Part shown: positions 1-8,780 of the stretch, piece after piece
Numbering within the stretch: position 1 is the first letter of the stretch
Layout: every line of letters starts with the position of its first letter
Assembly: GCA_947594925.1 (NCBI GenBank)
Contig: CANQEJ010000003.1
Location: forward strand, 1 to 57,931
Direction: 5' to 3'
Source of the DNA: an uncultured Bacilli bacterium
GTDB lineage: Bacteria; Bacillota_I; Bacilli_A; RF39; UBA660
Length of the DNA stretch: 57,931 nt
Translations under genes and position numbers: made by a program
The notes under the pieces: model-generated
Seen by the model: the letters and a program-made list of their open reading frames with translations, nothing else
What the model was told of the DNA's origin: nothing
Databases searched by the model: none

Positions 1-69
1 ATTTTCATCAGTTCCTGGAGCTAATGTACAGCCGTCAGCGGCTTTAACGCCACCTACCATTAGTACCAT
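1..69 (-). CDS. 5' fragment (MVLMVGGVKAADGCTLAPGTDEN...) of a further copy of the repeated surface-protein family; continues past window start
   Basis: Begins with the same 29-nt box as the full copies. It lies 9 nt after, and in frame with, the TAA of the upstream copy. Confidence 0.5.
   Translation of the reverse strand, partial: MVLMVGGVKAADGCTLAPGTDEN
41..69 (-). repeat. 29-nt cassette-start box (minus-strand sense ATGGTACTAATGGTAGGTGGCGTTAAAGC)
   Basis: Identical string at 41-69, 1289-1317 and 5017-5045; truncated copy at 2553-2578. Confidence 0.9.
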
Positions 70-78
70 AGCTGCGGT

Positions 79-1317
79 TTAAAAAGTAATGAATAATCCA
101 GCAGCACTAGCAGTAACCATGCTGATTAAACTCATGAAATTATCAGAAGTTCCAGGGTTTTTAGCATCAGTAGTATTACCAGTAGGTTCTTGAGATTCTG
201 GAGCAGTAGTTTGTTCATTAGTATTTGTTTGACTACCTTCACCAACTACTTTATAACCATCTTTTGTTTCAATAGCTACTCCTGCTTTTACTAATTGTGT
301 TGATACGTCTACTGTTGCTCCGCTTTTAGCTTCTACAATAGCTACGATTTTATTTAAGTAAGAACCGCCTTCGATGATTCCTTGTAGATTAGCTATAACA
401 GCATTTTTATCTGCATTAAAGCAAGCATTGCTTAACCAAATAGCAGCATAGTCTCCAGCACTTTCTAGTGTACCGTCAACTAATGAATATTTAGCAGTAG
501 GGTTTAAAATAGCTAGAGCATATTTTGTTACTGATGCTACTCTACCTGAATTAATATTTAGTTTTGCTTTAGAAGTAGTATTGTTAGTTACAATAGTATC
601 TTCAGTAGTTGAAATTAATTCAGCACCATTTACATTTACCTCTGCATCATACATATCAACTGTTCTTTTAGTAGCAACTATTTTACCACCATTAAGATTT
701 AATACTAAACCATTTTTAGCAGTAAATGCTATATCAGAAGCAGTATATTCTCCACCAACAACATTAACAGTAGCAACATCAACACCATTAGTAGTTGCAG
801 ATGTTAAAATTGTTTTAGCAGAATATTTTCCATCTAGTGATACAATTGCCTTAGCACCTGCATCAATTACATTTTTTCCTGCAGCAGTAATTTCAGAAGC
901 AGATGTAATAGTTACGTTACCGTTAGTTCTAATTGCATTAGTTCCAGTGGAAGTTACTTTACCATTAACAATTAAGCTTCCGCCATCTTCTACTATGATA
1001 GCTTTAGTAAAGGTATAATTACCATTAAGTGTTAAAGTTGCACCATTTTTAACAGTTATATGATTTTTAAAGTCAATGCTTCCTTTATCACCTGTATTTA
1101 ATGTAACATCTTTTTCAATGTTATAAGTATTATTAACTGGTAAAGTTGTTTCAACAAGTTGATTGTAAGTACCTCCATCTGTTACAACTGAGACAAAACC
1201 AGCAGAAGCTGCACTGTATCCCTGACCATTAACTTCAGCAGCACAAGCATTTGCTTCACCTTGAGCAACTTCCAAATCACAAGTAGCTGCTTTAACGCCA
1301 CCTACCATTAGTACCAT
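79..1317 (-). CDS. Repeated beta-helix-like surface protein, copy 1 (C-terminal hydrophobic anchor)
   Basis: ORF 79..1353; ATG at 1317 gives MVLMVGGVKAATCD as in the other copies. Repetitive G-x-L-x-(L/V)-N-G / VNVVGG strands. C-terminus is ...AKNPGTSDNFMSLISMVTASAAGLFITF. No SD upstream. Confidence 0.6.
   Translation of the reverse strand: MVLMVGGVKAATCDLEVAQGEANACAAEVNGQGYSAASAGFVSVVTDGGTYNQLVETTLPVNNTYNIEKDVTLNTGDKGSIDFKNHITVKNGATLTLNGNYTFTKAIIVEDGGSLIVNGKVTSTGTNAIRTNGNVTITSASEITAAGKNVIDAGAKAIVSLDGKYSAKTILTSATTNGVDVATVNVVGGEYTASDIAFTAKNGLVLNLNGGKIVATKRTVDMYDAEVNVNGAELISTTEDTIVTNNTTSKAKLNINSGRVASVTKYALAILNPTAKYSLVDGTLESAGDYAAIWLSNACFNADKNAVIANLQGIIEGGSYLNKIVAIVEAKSGATVDVSTQLVKAGVAIETKDGYKVVGEGSQTNTNEQTTAPESQEPTGNTTDAKNPGTSDNFMSLISMVTASAAGLFITF
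85..405 (-). repeat. Conserved 3' block of cassette copy 1
   Basis: Near-identical by eye (a handful of substitutions) to 1331-1651 at a constant offset of 1246 nt. Its distal part also matches 3875-4110. Confidence 0.85.
1289..1317 (-). repeat. 29-nt cassette-start box
   Basis: Identical to 41-69 and 5017-5045. Confidence 0.9.
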
Positions 1318-2572
1318 AGCTGCATTTAAGAGTAATGAATAATCCAGCAGCACTAGCAGTAACCATGCTGATTAAACTCATGAAATTATCAGAAGTTCCA
1401 GGGTTTTTAGCATCAGCAGTATTACCAGTAGGTTCTTGAGATTCTGGAGCAGTAGTTTGTTCGTTAGTATTTGCTTGACTACCTTCACCAACTACTTTAT
1501 AGCCATCTTTTGTTTCGATAGCTACTCCTGCTTTTACTAATTGTGTTGATACGTCAATTGTTGCTCCATTTTCTGCTTCAATAGTTGCTACGATTTTATT
1601 TAAATAAGAACCGCCAGTAATAATACCTTGTAGATTAGCTATAACGGCATTTCCTTTACTATTTAAGCAAGTAGCAGTTTTTAACCAGATAGCTGCAGTT
1701 TGTTTAGGGCTCTCATAAGTTCCACCAGTTAAATTATATTTAGCATTTGCATTTCCAATTGCTAAAGCATATTTAGCATTTGATACTAATTTACTACCTT
1801 CATTAATTGTTAAGCTAGCTGTTGAAACAGTTCCATCAGCAAAGATAGCATCCATTGTATCACTAGTTAATTCAGAACCAGAAACAGTAACTTTTGCATC
1901 AGTCATTTTAACAACTTCTTTTGTAGCAGAAATTTTTCCACCATTAAGGTTTAAAATGACACCATTATCTGCCATAAACGCTATATCAGAAGCAGTATAG
2001 TCTCCACCAACAACATTTACAGTAGCAGCACCAGTAGCATTAACGATATTTTTACCAGTAAATGTACCATCTAATGAAATAACAGCATCTTTCTTAGCTT
2101 CAATAATAGCTGCTTGTGCACCTTTAACAGATGAATTAGTAATTGTTACGTTACCAGCAGCACTAATAGCAGGAGTTAATCCTAAAGATGAAACATTTAT
2201 ATCTACACCATTAAGAGTTAAACTTCCACCTTTTTGAACATCAAATAATGTTTTACTTGCAAGAGTAACTTCAGTTTTTCCATTAATAGTTAAACTAGCA
2301 CCATTTGCAACAGTAAGTACTTCATTTAATGTTAGAACACCATCACCAATAATATTGATGTTAATGTCTTTATCAAGAGTTCTTGCAGTAGTTATTTCTA
2401 ATGGATTAGCAATAACTAATTCTCCTCCATTAATTCTAGCTTCTTTCCAAGCATCTCCTGTACTATCAAAGTATTGAGTATTATTATTAACAGTAACTGT
2501 AGCTTTACAAGCACCATCTTCACCAAGTGGTAAGCTTGTGTCACAAGTAGCTGCTTTAACGCCACCTACCAT
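1292..2572 (-). CDS. Repeated beta-helix-like surface protein, copy 2 (first ATG of the box deleted; tail reads 26 nt into copy 1)
   Basis: ORF starts MVGGVKAATCD. The C-terminal block is near-identical to copy 1. It ends ...AAGLFITLKCSYGTNGRWR because the junction is 2 nt shorter than the copy 1/copy 0 junction. Confidence 0.6.
   Translation of the reverse strand: MVGGVKAATCDTSLPLGEDGACKATVTVNNNTQYFDSTGDAWKEARINGGELVIANPLEITTARTLDKDININIIGDGVLTLNEVLTVANGASLTINGKTEVTLASKTLFDVQKGGSLTLNGVDINVSSLGLTPAISAAGNVTITNSSVKGAQAAIIEAKKDAVISLDGTFTGKNIVNATGAATVNVVGGDYTASDIAFMADNGVILNLNGGKISATKEVVKMTDAKVTVSGSELTSDTMDAIFADGTVSTASLTINEGSKLVSNAKYALAIGNANAKYNLTGGTYESPKQTAAIWLKTATCLNSKGNAVIANLQGIITGGSYLNKIVATIEAENGATIDVSTQLVKAGVAIETKDGYKVVGEGSQANTNEQTTAPESQEPTGNTADAKNPGTSDNFMSLISMVTASAAGLFITLKCSYGTNGRWR
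1331..1651 (-). repeat. Conserved 3' block of cassette copy 2
   Basis: See 85-405. Confidence 0.85.
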
Positions 2573-2578
2573 TAGTAC
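2553..2578 (-). repeat. Cassette-start box, truncated (lacks the first ATG) at the edge of the HipA-like insertion
   Basis: Matches the box up to ...attagtac, then diverges at 2579. Confidence 0.85.
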
Positions 2579-2660
2579 TTTAATAACGATTTAGACGTTA
2601 TTATATAAAAAGACTTAAAAAAATGTTAAAATAATATATGAATAAAGGATATGATGTATT

Positions 2661-3854
2661 ATGAAATGTATTCTTATGAATAAAAATAAAGAAGTATTGG
2701 TCGCTGAGTATAATGAAACTTCAAAGTTTTTTGATAAGATATATGAAGTTAAGGATATTAATTATGCTCCCTATATTTTAAAAAGTTTTTATTTAAATGA
2801 TAATATTAATGATGTTTCTTTTAGAACTAATTTAAGCGAGTGGTTTAAAGGAAGGGGAATACCTTCCTGGCGTGATAAATTAGACTTATTATTACATCGA
2901 TTAAATATAACAGCACCTTATGAACTTCTAGATAAAGCTTTTGGCCTATCTTTATCTGACCAATATTGGCTAAAACCAGAAGGTAGCAATATTTCTTATG
3001 ATGATATTAATTTTTTTGATAACGATTTTGATTATTCAGAATTTATGGAAGCATCATTATCTATCAATAATAAAAGTATAACTAGTGATAAATCTTTAAA
3101 AACTCCTAATAATACAACGGATGGGATGTTAAGAAAAGCTTGGATTATTGAAAATAAAACAAGATATTTAATTAAAGGCGGATATAAAAATGATATATTA
3201 CAGCCTTTTAATGAAGTATTAGCTAGTGAGATATGTAAAAGATTAGGATTTGAACATGTCGAATATACTCTAGATACCTATAAAGATATGGTTGTATCTA
3301 AGTGTCCATGTTTTATAACTAAAAATACTGAATTTATTACTTGCTATCAAATAAGAAAAAATATGGAAAGGTATAATAATAATCAAGATTATGAAGAATA
3401 TGTAAAAGAATTAGAAAAAGAAGGTATAAAAAACGCGCGCGAAAAGTTGGAAAATATGTATATTCTAGATTTTCTTATTTTAAATGAAGATAGACATTTA
3501 AATAATTTTGGTATTATAAGAGATGTTAATACTTTAAAATGGTTAGATGTTGCTCCTATATTTGATAATGGTCAAAGTTTAAATATTCAGGATTATAGTG
3601 ATGAAGAAATTGTTATTAATAATCAGGGACGCCTTTTTTATGAAATTAAACCTTTTGATGAAATAATAAAAACAGTTAAAGATTTAAAAAGAATAAATAT
3701 ATCTAAATTGGATGGTATAGTGGTATGGTTTGATGATTTACTACATAAATATCAGTCTATTACAAATATATCTGATAGAAGAATTAATGGATTATGTCTT
3801 GTACTTAATCGGCAAATAAATAAATTAAAAGAATTAATTGATGTTGACAATTAA
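2661..3854 (+). CDS. HipA-like Ser/Thr kinase domain protein (orphan, no HipB-like partner seen)
   Basis: LNEDRHLNNFG (HipA-type D-x-H-x-x-N catalytic loop) and VAPIFDNGQSL (HipA-type aP-YD motif). N-terminal region ...SDQYWLKP... It is on the opposite strand to the surrounding cassette array. Confidence 0.6.
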   Translation: MKCILMNKNKEVLVAEYNETSKFFDKIYEVKDINYAPYILKSFYLNDNINDVSFRTNLSEWFKGRGIPSWRDKLDLLLHRLNITAPYELLDKAFGLSLSDQYWLKPEGSNISYDDINFFDNDFDYSEFMEASLSINNKSITSDKSLKTPNNTTDGMLRKAWIIENKTRYLIKGGYKNDILQPFNEVLASEICKRLGFEHVEYTLDTYKDMVVSKCPCFITKNTEFITCYQIRKNMERYNNNQDYEEYVKELEKEGIKNAREKLENMYILDFLILNEDRHLNNFGIIRDVNTLKWLDVAPIFDNGQSLNIQDYSDEEIVINNQGRLFYEIKPFDEIIKTVKDLKRINISKLDGIVVWFDDLLHKYQSITNISDRRINGLCLVLNRQINKLKELIDVDN

Positions 3855-3866
3855 TTCTTTTAATTT
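3822..3866. repeat. Perfect 18-bp inverted repeat with 9-nt loop at the right edge of the HipA-like cassette
   Basis: aaattaaaagaattaatt (3822-3839) / aattaattcttttaattt (3849-3866). It spans the stop of the HipA-like gene and the substituted tail of copy 3. Confidence 0.8.
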
Positions 3867-5051
3867 GAGATTAAGGTTTTTAGCATCAGCAGTATTACCA
3901 GTAGGTTCTTGAGATTCTGGAGCAGTAGTTTGTTCATTAGTATTTGTTTGACTACCTTCACCAACTACTTTATAACCATCTTTTGTTTCAATAGCTACTC
4001 CTGCTTTTACTAATTGTGTTGATACGTCAATAATAGCACCATTTTCTGCTTTGATTGCAGCAACAATTTCAGTTAAGTATGAACCACCACTAATGATACC
4101 TTGTAAGTTTTCAACGACAGCATCATCATCAATGCAATCTGTACTTAGTGAAATAGCAGCTTTTTGACTTGGACTTTCGTAAATTCCATCAGTTAAAGCG
4201 TATTTAGCTTCTGGATTTTGAATATCTAATGCATAACCTTTATCAGCAACTAATTTAGTACCAGCATTAATTGTTAAACTTGCTGTAGCAGCATTACCTA
4301 ATGTAGCAACAGTATTTCCTGTAGTTGAAGTTAATGTAGCATTACCAATAGTAACTTTAGCATCGTTCATTTCAACAGCTTCATTTCCTGCTTCAATGTT
4401 TCCACCTTGAATATCTAAAGTAGAACCATTATTAACTGTAAATGCTTCTGCTGTTGTAGTATAGTCACCACCAACTACAGTAACAGATGCTTTACCTGTA
4501 GTAGTAACGATACTTCTTCCTTCGAAGTCACCATCTAAAGATACATTAGCATCTTTAGCAGCTGTGATTAGTTCACCACCAACTTTGATATCTGAACCAG
4601 TAATAGTAACATTACCTTCAGTTTTAATGAAAGAACCAGCTACTGATGAGGCATTTAGTTCAACACCATTAAGTGTTAAACTACCACCTTTTTTAACGTC
4701 AAATAGAGTTGAACCAATACTAGTAGTAGCATCACTATTAATAGTTAAGCTTCCGCCTTTAGCAATAGTTAGAGCTGCACCAATTGCTAAACTTCCTTTT
4801 CCTTCAACAACGTTGATAGTTATATCTTTGTCGATAGTTCTAGCTTGGGCAATTCCAAAGTTTGTTGCAACAGTTAATTCTCCTCCATTATCTCTAGCTT
4901 CTTGCCAAGCATCATCCATATTATCGAAATATTGAGTGTTGCCATCTCTAACTACTGTAGCAGGACAAGCACCACTTGTACCTAATGCTTTATGAATATC
5001 GCAAGCAGGGTCAGCGGCTTTAACGCCACCTACCATTAGTACCATATTCAT
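3834..5051 (-). CDS. Repeated beta-helix-like surface protein, copy 3 (promoter-proximal; C-terminal anchor replaced by insertion-derived tail)
   Basis: Starts MNMVLMVGGVKAADPACD. It shares ...IDVSTQLVKAGVAIETKDGYKVVGEGSQTNTNEQTTAPESQEPTGNTADAKN, then diverges to LNLKLKELIVNIN where homology to the other copies stops (about 3874). Confidence 0.6.
   Translation of the reverse strand: MNMVLMVGGVKAADPACDIHKALGTSGACPATVVRDGNTQYFDNMDDAWQEARDNGGELTVATNFGIAQARTIDKDITINVVEGKGSLAIGAALTIAKGGSLTINSDATTSIGSTLFDVKKGGSLTLNGVELNASSVAGSFIKTEGNVTITGSDIKVGGELITAAKDANVSLDGDFEGRSIVTTTGKASVTVVGGDYTTTAEAFTVNNGSTLDIQGGNIEAGNEAVEMNDAKVTIGNATLTSTTGNTVATLGNAATASLTINAGTKLVADKGYALDIQNPEAKYALTDGIYESPSQKAAISLSTDCIDDDAVVENLQGIISGGSYLTEIVAAIKAENGAIIDVSTQLVKAGVAIETKDGYKVVGEGSQTNTNEQTTAPESQEPTGNTADAKNLNLKLKELIVNIN
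3875..4110 (-). repeat. Conserved 3' block of cassette copy 3 (truncated at 3875)
   Basis: ggtttttagcatcagcagtattaccagtaggttcttgagattctgg... matches copies 1 and 2. Homology begins abruptly at about 3875. Confidence 0.85.
5017..5045 (-). repeat. 29-nt cassette-start box
   Basis: Identical to 41-69 and 1289-1317; preceded here by an extra ATGAAT. Confidence 0.9.
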
Positions 5052-5081
5052 AATAAATTTAAGGGAAAATGGCGGAATATG

Positions 5082-5110
5082 TTGAAAAAAAAGAAAAATT
5101 TCGATATTAT
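5082..5110 (+). promoter_or_regulatory. Sigma-A-type promoter for the AMP-ligase/phosphorelay operon
   Basis: TTGAAA, 17 nt, TATTAT. Confidence 0.5.
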
Positions 5111-5163
5111 ATATGTAGAGAATAAGAAGCGGGCTATAAGATTTTGACGAAAGAGGAATTTTT

Positions 5164-6864
5164 ATGACGGAAACTAAATGGAACGAAAGATATAATAAAG
5201 AGAGGTTTCAAAATTTTAATGTCCACGAGACTTTATATAATACTTATAGAAATGCAAGCTTATTATCACCAGAAAAAATAGCAATTTATGATACAAGAAG
5301 AGAAAAAGCATATACAAACAATGAACTTTTAGCAATGATTGATAAAGCTAGTGCGGGACTTAAAGCTTTAGGAGTAAATAGTAATTCGCGTATTGGTTGT
5401 ATGATTGAAAATACGGTTGAAGAAGCTGTTACGTTATTAAGTGCTAATAAATTGGGCGCTTTGGTAAGATGTTTAGATTTTACTAAGGGAGTTGAACCAT
5501 TAAAATATAATATTGATGAGTGTGATTTTAATTTATTAGTTATTGACCATCATTATATAGAATATGAACCTTTTGTAAATACGAAAAAATTGCCGGTATT
5601 GGTTATTGGTGATAAGATGTCTCATAATTATATTAAGTATGATGAACTATATAATTATGGTAATGGGCAAGATATAGAGGCAATGCCATATGTTGATAAA
5701 AGGCCTGCTGTTATTATTAACAGTAGTGGAACTACTGGAGCGGCGAAACCTATTGTTCACTCTAATTCCACAGTTAATTCAGCAGCATTAAAATTAGCTC
5801 GTACTGATTATCCTTTAGGAAATAATAATGTTATTGAAAATATAGTTCCCCCTCATATTGGTTTAGGAATTATAACTTCGTTATATAGTGGTTTAGTAAC
5901 TGGAACCCAAGTAGCGCAGATTAAAGATTTTTATAATAGTAAATTACTTGTTGAAAATATGATTAAATTTACTAAAGAATTTAATGAATTTGCCAAGAAA
6001 CACGATTTAGGTGATGACGCTTTACTATTATTATTTTCAACCCCATTATTCTTACGTTTCTTACTAACAAATCCATCTGTAACTGATTTAACTCGTGTAG
6101 GTTGTATGATAGCAGCTGGTTCTAAATTATACAAAAATGACCAATTAGAGTTAGAAAAAATCGCCCGTGAAAAAGGATGTGATATCCCTATATGTGCGGC
6201 GTATGGAACTAATGAAAACTGTGGGGGTATAACTTATAATCACATCAATAATTATAAATATAATAGTGCAGGAATTGTAGCATATGAAACAGAAGTAAAA
6301 ATTATTGATTCTAAAACGCATGAAATAAAAGGAGTTAATGAAGAAGGTAAGATAATAACTAAAAGTGCTAGTAATTTCTTAGGATATTTTAATAAACCAG
6401 AATTAACTAAAGATGCTATTATTACCCTTCCTGATGGTAGTAAGTGGTTTGATACTAAAGATTTAGGTTATATGGACGAAGATGGTTATTTATTTGTAAC
6501 TGGTCGGGAAAAGAGAATTATTATTCGTTTTGATTTTAAGATTTCTTTAGATGCTGTAGAAGAGAAGTTAAAAAGTTTACCATTTATTGATAATGCTGCA
6601 ACTATTGTTAAAGAATCTGGAACTTCATTAGAAGAATTTGTGGCTTTTGTAATACCAAATGAGTTATTTGAAGGAGATTTAAAACAGAAGATTGTGGATA
6701 CGAAAATTGTGTCTTCTCTAGAAATGCCAAATGAATATGTTATTGTCGATGAAATTCCATTTATGACTAATGGTAAAGTTGATTATCAAAAGTTAACAGA
6801 AATGTATAAAAATGATAAAAAATTAGTTAGAGTTAAACAAGATATTAGTTCATTTGACTTTTAA
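5164..6864 (+). CDS. AMP-binding (adenylate-forming) enzyme, acyl-CoA synthetase/ligase family
   Basis: SSGTTGAAKPIVHS (A3), AAYGTNE (A5), DLGYMDEDGYLFVTGREKRIII (A7/A8), TNGKVDYQKL (A10). SD agagga. Confidence 0.85.
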   Translation: MTETKWNERYNKERFQNFNVHETLYNTYRNASLLSPEKIAIYDTRREKAYTNNELLAMIDKASAGLKALGVNSNSRIGCMIENTVEEAVTLLSANKLGALVRCLDFTKGVEPLKYNIDECDFNLLVIDHHYIEYEPFVNTKKLPVLVIGDKMSHNYIKYDELYNYGNGQDIEAMPYVDKRPAVIINSSGTTGAAKPIVHSNSTVNSAALKLARTDYPLGNNNVIENIVPPHIGLGIITSLYSGLVTGTQVAQIKDFYNSKLLVENMIKFTKEFNEFAKKHDLGDDALLLLFSTPLFLRFLLTNPSVTDLTRVGCMIAAGSKLYKNDQLELEKIAREKGCDIPICAAYGTNENCGGITYNHINNYKYNSAGIVAYETEVKIIDSKTHEIKGVNEEGKIITKSASNFLGYFNKPELTKDAIITLPDGSKWFDTKDLGYMDEDGYLFVTGREKRIIIRFDFKISLDAVEEKLKSLPFIDNAATIVKESGTSLEEFVAFVIPNELFEGDLKQKIVDTKIVSSLEMPNEYVIVDEIPFMTNGKVDYQKLTEMYKNDKKLVRVKQDISSFDF

Positions 6865-6889
6865 TTAATAAGAATATTGAGGTGTTGGT

Positions 6890-8731
6890 ATGTTGGTAGT
6901 TATTCAGTTATCTGTATTAATTACATCATTAGTATATTTATCTATAATAGCAATTTCTTTCTTTTGTAGGGAAAAAATAAATAGTGTGGATACGCGAATT
7001 TATAAAAATATTGTTATAACAAATATTATTTCTATTTGTGTTGAAATGTTTTTATATTTATTAACATTTACGATATTAGAATTTAATCCGGGTTTTGTGT
7101 TATTAGTGAGTAAGATTTTTGTTAGTTTGGTTTTACTCTGGTTTGTATTCTTAATGAAATATGCTATGGCTTTATGTTTTAAAATAAAGTTTTCTGAAGA
7201 AGAAATTAGAAAGAAGAAACATCATCTTTCTCTTCAAATTAATTTAGTTGCTTTTATCGCTTGTTTAGTAATTATTTGTTTACCACTAGAAATGGTAGGA
7301 GATAAAAGTAGTGGTTTTTATGCAAGTGGTATTGCCACGAAAGCAGCTTTTATGTTAATTATGACTACATGTGTTATTATTTTCTATAATTTAATTCGCA
7401 ATTTTAAGAAATTAAATTATCGGGAATTTACACCTTTAATTTTGCTTTTGGTTTTAGTATCTATTTCAACTGTAGTACAAATTATGTTTCCGCAATTATT
7501 GTTATTTAATCCGGTAATGTCTTTAATTACTGTTATTATGTATCATACGATTGAAAATCCTGATGTTAAGATGATTAAAGAATTAAATATTGCGAAAGAT
7601 GTGGCTTTAAAAGCTAATAATGCAAAGACAGAATTTTTAAGTAGTATGTCTCATGAAGTAAGAACACCTTTAAATGCCATTGTGGGCTTTTCAGAAAGTT
7701 TAAAAGAAGAAGATTTAAACCCTAAAGCTAAAGAAGAAGTTGATGATATTATTAGTGCTTCCGAAACTTTATTGGAAATTGTTAATGGTATTTTGGATAT
7801 ATCTAAAATTGAAGCTAATAAATTAGAGATAGTAAATAGTGAATATGATACCCAAAAGCTATTTAAAGAACTAGCTAATTTAACTAAAGTTAGAATAGGG
7901 GAAAAACCCATTGTTTTAAAGGTCAATATTGATGAAAGCCTACCAAAGGTATTATATGGCGACTACGCTCGTTTAAAACAAATTGTCTTAAATTTATTAA
8001 CTAATGCTGCTAAGTATACTGATAAAGGGGAAATTAATTTTACAGTTAATTCGGTTATAACTAAAAATGTTTGTCGTTTAATTATTTCCGTTAAAGATAC
8101 AGGGCGTGGTATTAAGAAAGAAAATATTAGTAAGCTATTTACGAAGTTTGAAAGATTAGACGAAAAGAATACTACTATTGAAGGAACTGGCTTAGGTCTT
8201 GCTATTACGAAAAAATTAGTGGAATTAATGCATGGTAATATTGTAGTTGATAGTGTTTATGGTAAGGGTTCTAAGTTTACAGTTTCTATAGACCAATTAG
8301 TTGTTAAAAAACCAACTATTACGCAAGTTGTTGAAGAAGAAAAAGTGGAAGTAAATAATTTTGCTGGTAAGAAGGTTTTAATTGTCGATGATAATGAACT
8401 TAATTTAAAAGTGGCAGCGCGTCTTTTACAACCATATAAAATGGATATTGATAAATCTAGTAGTGGTGATGATGCAATCAGTAAAATTATTGATGATAAT
8501 GTATATGATTTGATTTTATTAGATGATATGATGCCTCATAAAAGCGGAAGTGAAACTTTAGCTGAATTAAAACAAATAGAGGGCTTTAATATGCCGGTGG
8601 TTGTTTTAACAGCTAATGCAATTGAAGGTATGAAAGAACAATATCTAAAAGCGGGATTTGATGATTATTTAGCAAAACCTATTTCTAAGGAAGAATTAAA
8701 AAGAGTTTTACAAAAGTATTTAAATAAATAA
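6890..8731 (+). CDS. Hybrid sensor histidine kinase (multi-TM N-terminus, HisKA, HATPase_c, C-terminal receiver)
   Basis: H-box SHEVRTPLNAIVGF; N/G boxes LLTNAAKYT, DTGRGI, GTGLGLAITKKLV; receiver VLIVDDNELN...LILLDDMMP...LTANA...KPI. Confidence 0.9.
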   Translation: MLVVIQLSVLITSLVYLSIIAISFFCREKINSVDTRIYKNIVITNIISICVEMFLYLLTFTILEFNPGFVLLVSKIFVSLVLLWFVFLMKYAMALCFKIKFSEEEIRKKKHHLSLQINLVAFIACLVIICLPLEMVGDKSSGFYASGIATKAAFMLIMTTCVIIFYNLIRNFKKLNYREFTPLILLLVLVSISTVVQIMFPQLLLFNPVMSLITVIMYHTIENPDVKMIKELNIAKDVALKANNAKTEFLSSMSHEVRTPLNAIVGFSESLKEEDLNPKAKEEVDDIISASETLLEIVNGILDISKIEANKLEIVNSEYDTQKLFKELANLTKVRIGEKPIVLKVNIDESLPKVLYGDYARLKQIVLNLLTNAAKYTDKGEINFTVNSVITKNVCRLIISVKDTGRGIKKENISKLFTKFERLDEKNTTIEGTGLGLAITKKLVELMHGNIVVDSVYGKGSKFTVSIDQLVVKKPTITQVVEEEKVEVNNFAGKKVLIVDDNELNLKVAARLLQPYKMDIDKSSSGDDAISKIIDDNVYDLILLDDMMPHKSGSETLAELKQIEGFNMPVVVLTANAIEGMKEQYLKAGFDDYLAKPISKEELKRVLQKYLNK

Positions 8732-8780
8732 TCACTTTCAAAAATTAGTGTTATAATAGAACTAAGAGAGTAGGATATGT

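Noticed and set aside
112-180. Calling the cassette C-terminus (NPGTS, hydrophobic helix) a sortase LPXTG-type or other named CTERM sorting signal.
   Set aside because: NPGTS is not an established sortase motif to my knowledge, and the basic tail is absent in copy 1 and only created out of frame in copy 2. It is reported only as an anchor-like tail.
581-1018. Plus-strand ORFs antisense to the surface-protein cassettes (581..1018 and 4564..4935).
   Set aside because: They mirror the repetitive minus-strand coding sequence. Their translations are low-complexity Ser/Pro/Val/Leu strings with no start signals. They are an artefact of the codon bias of the opposite strand.
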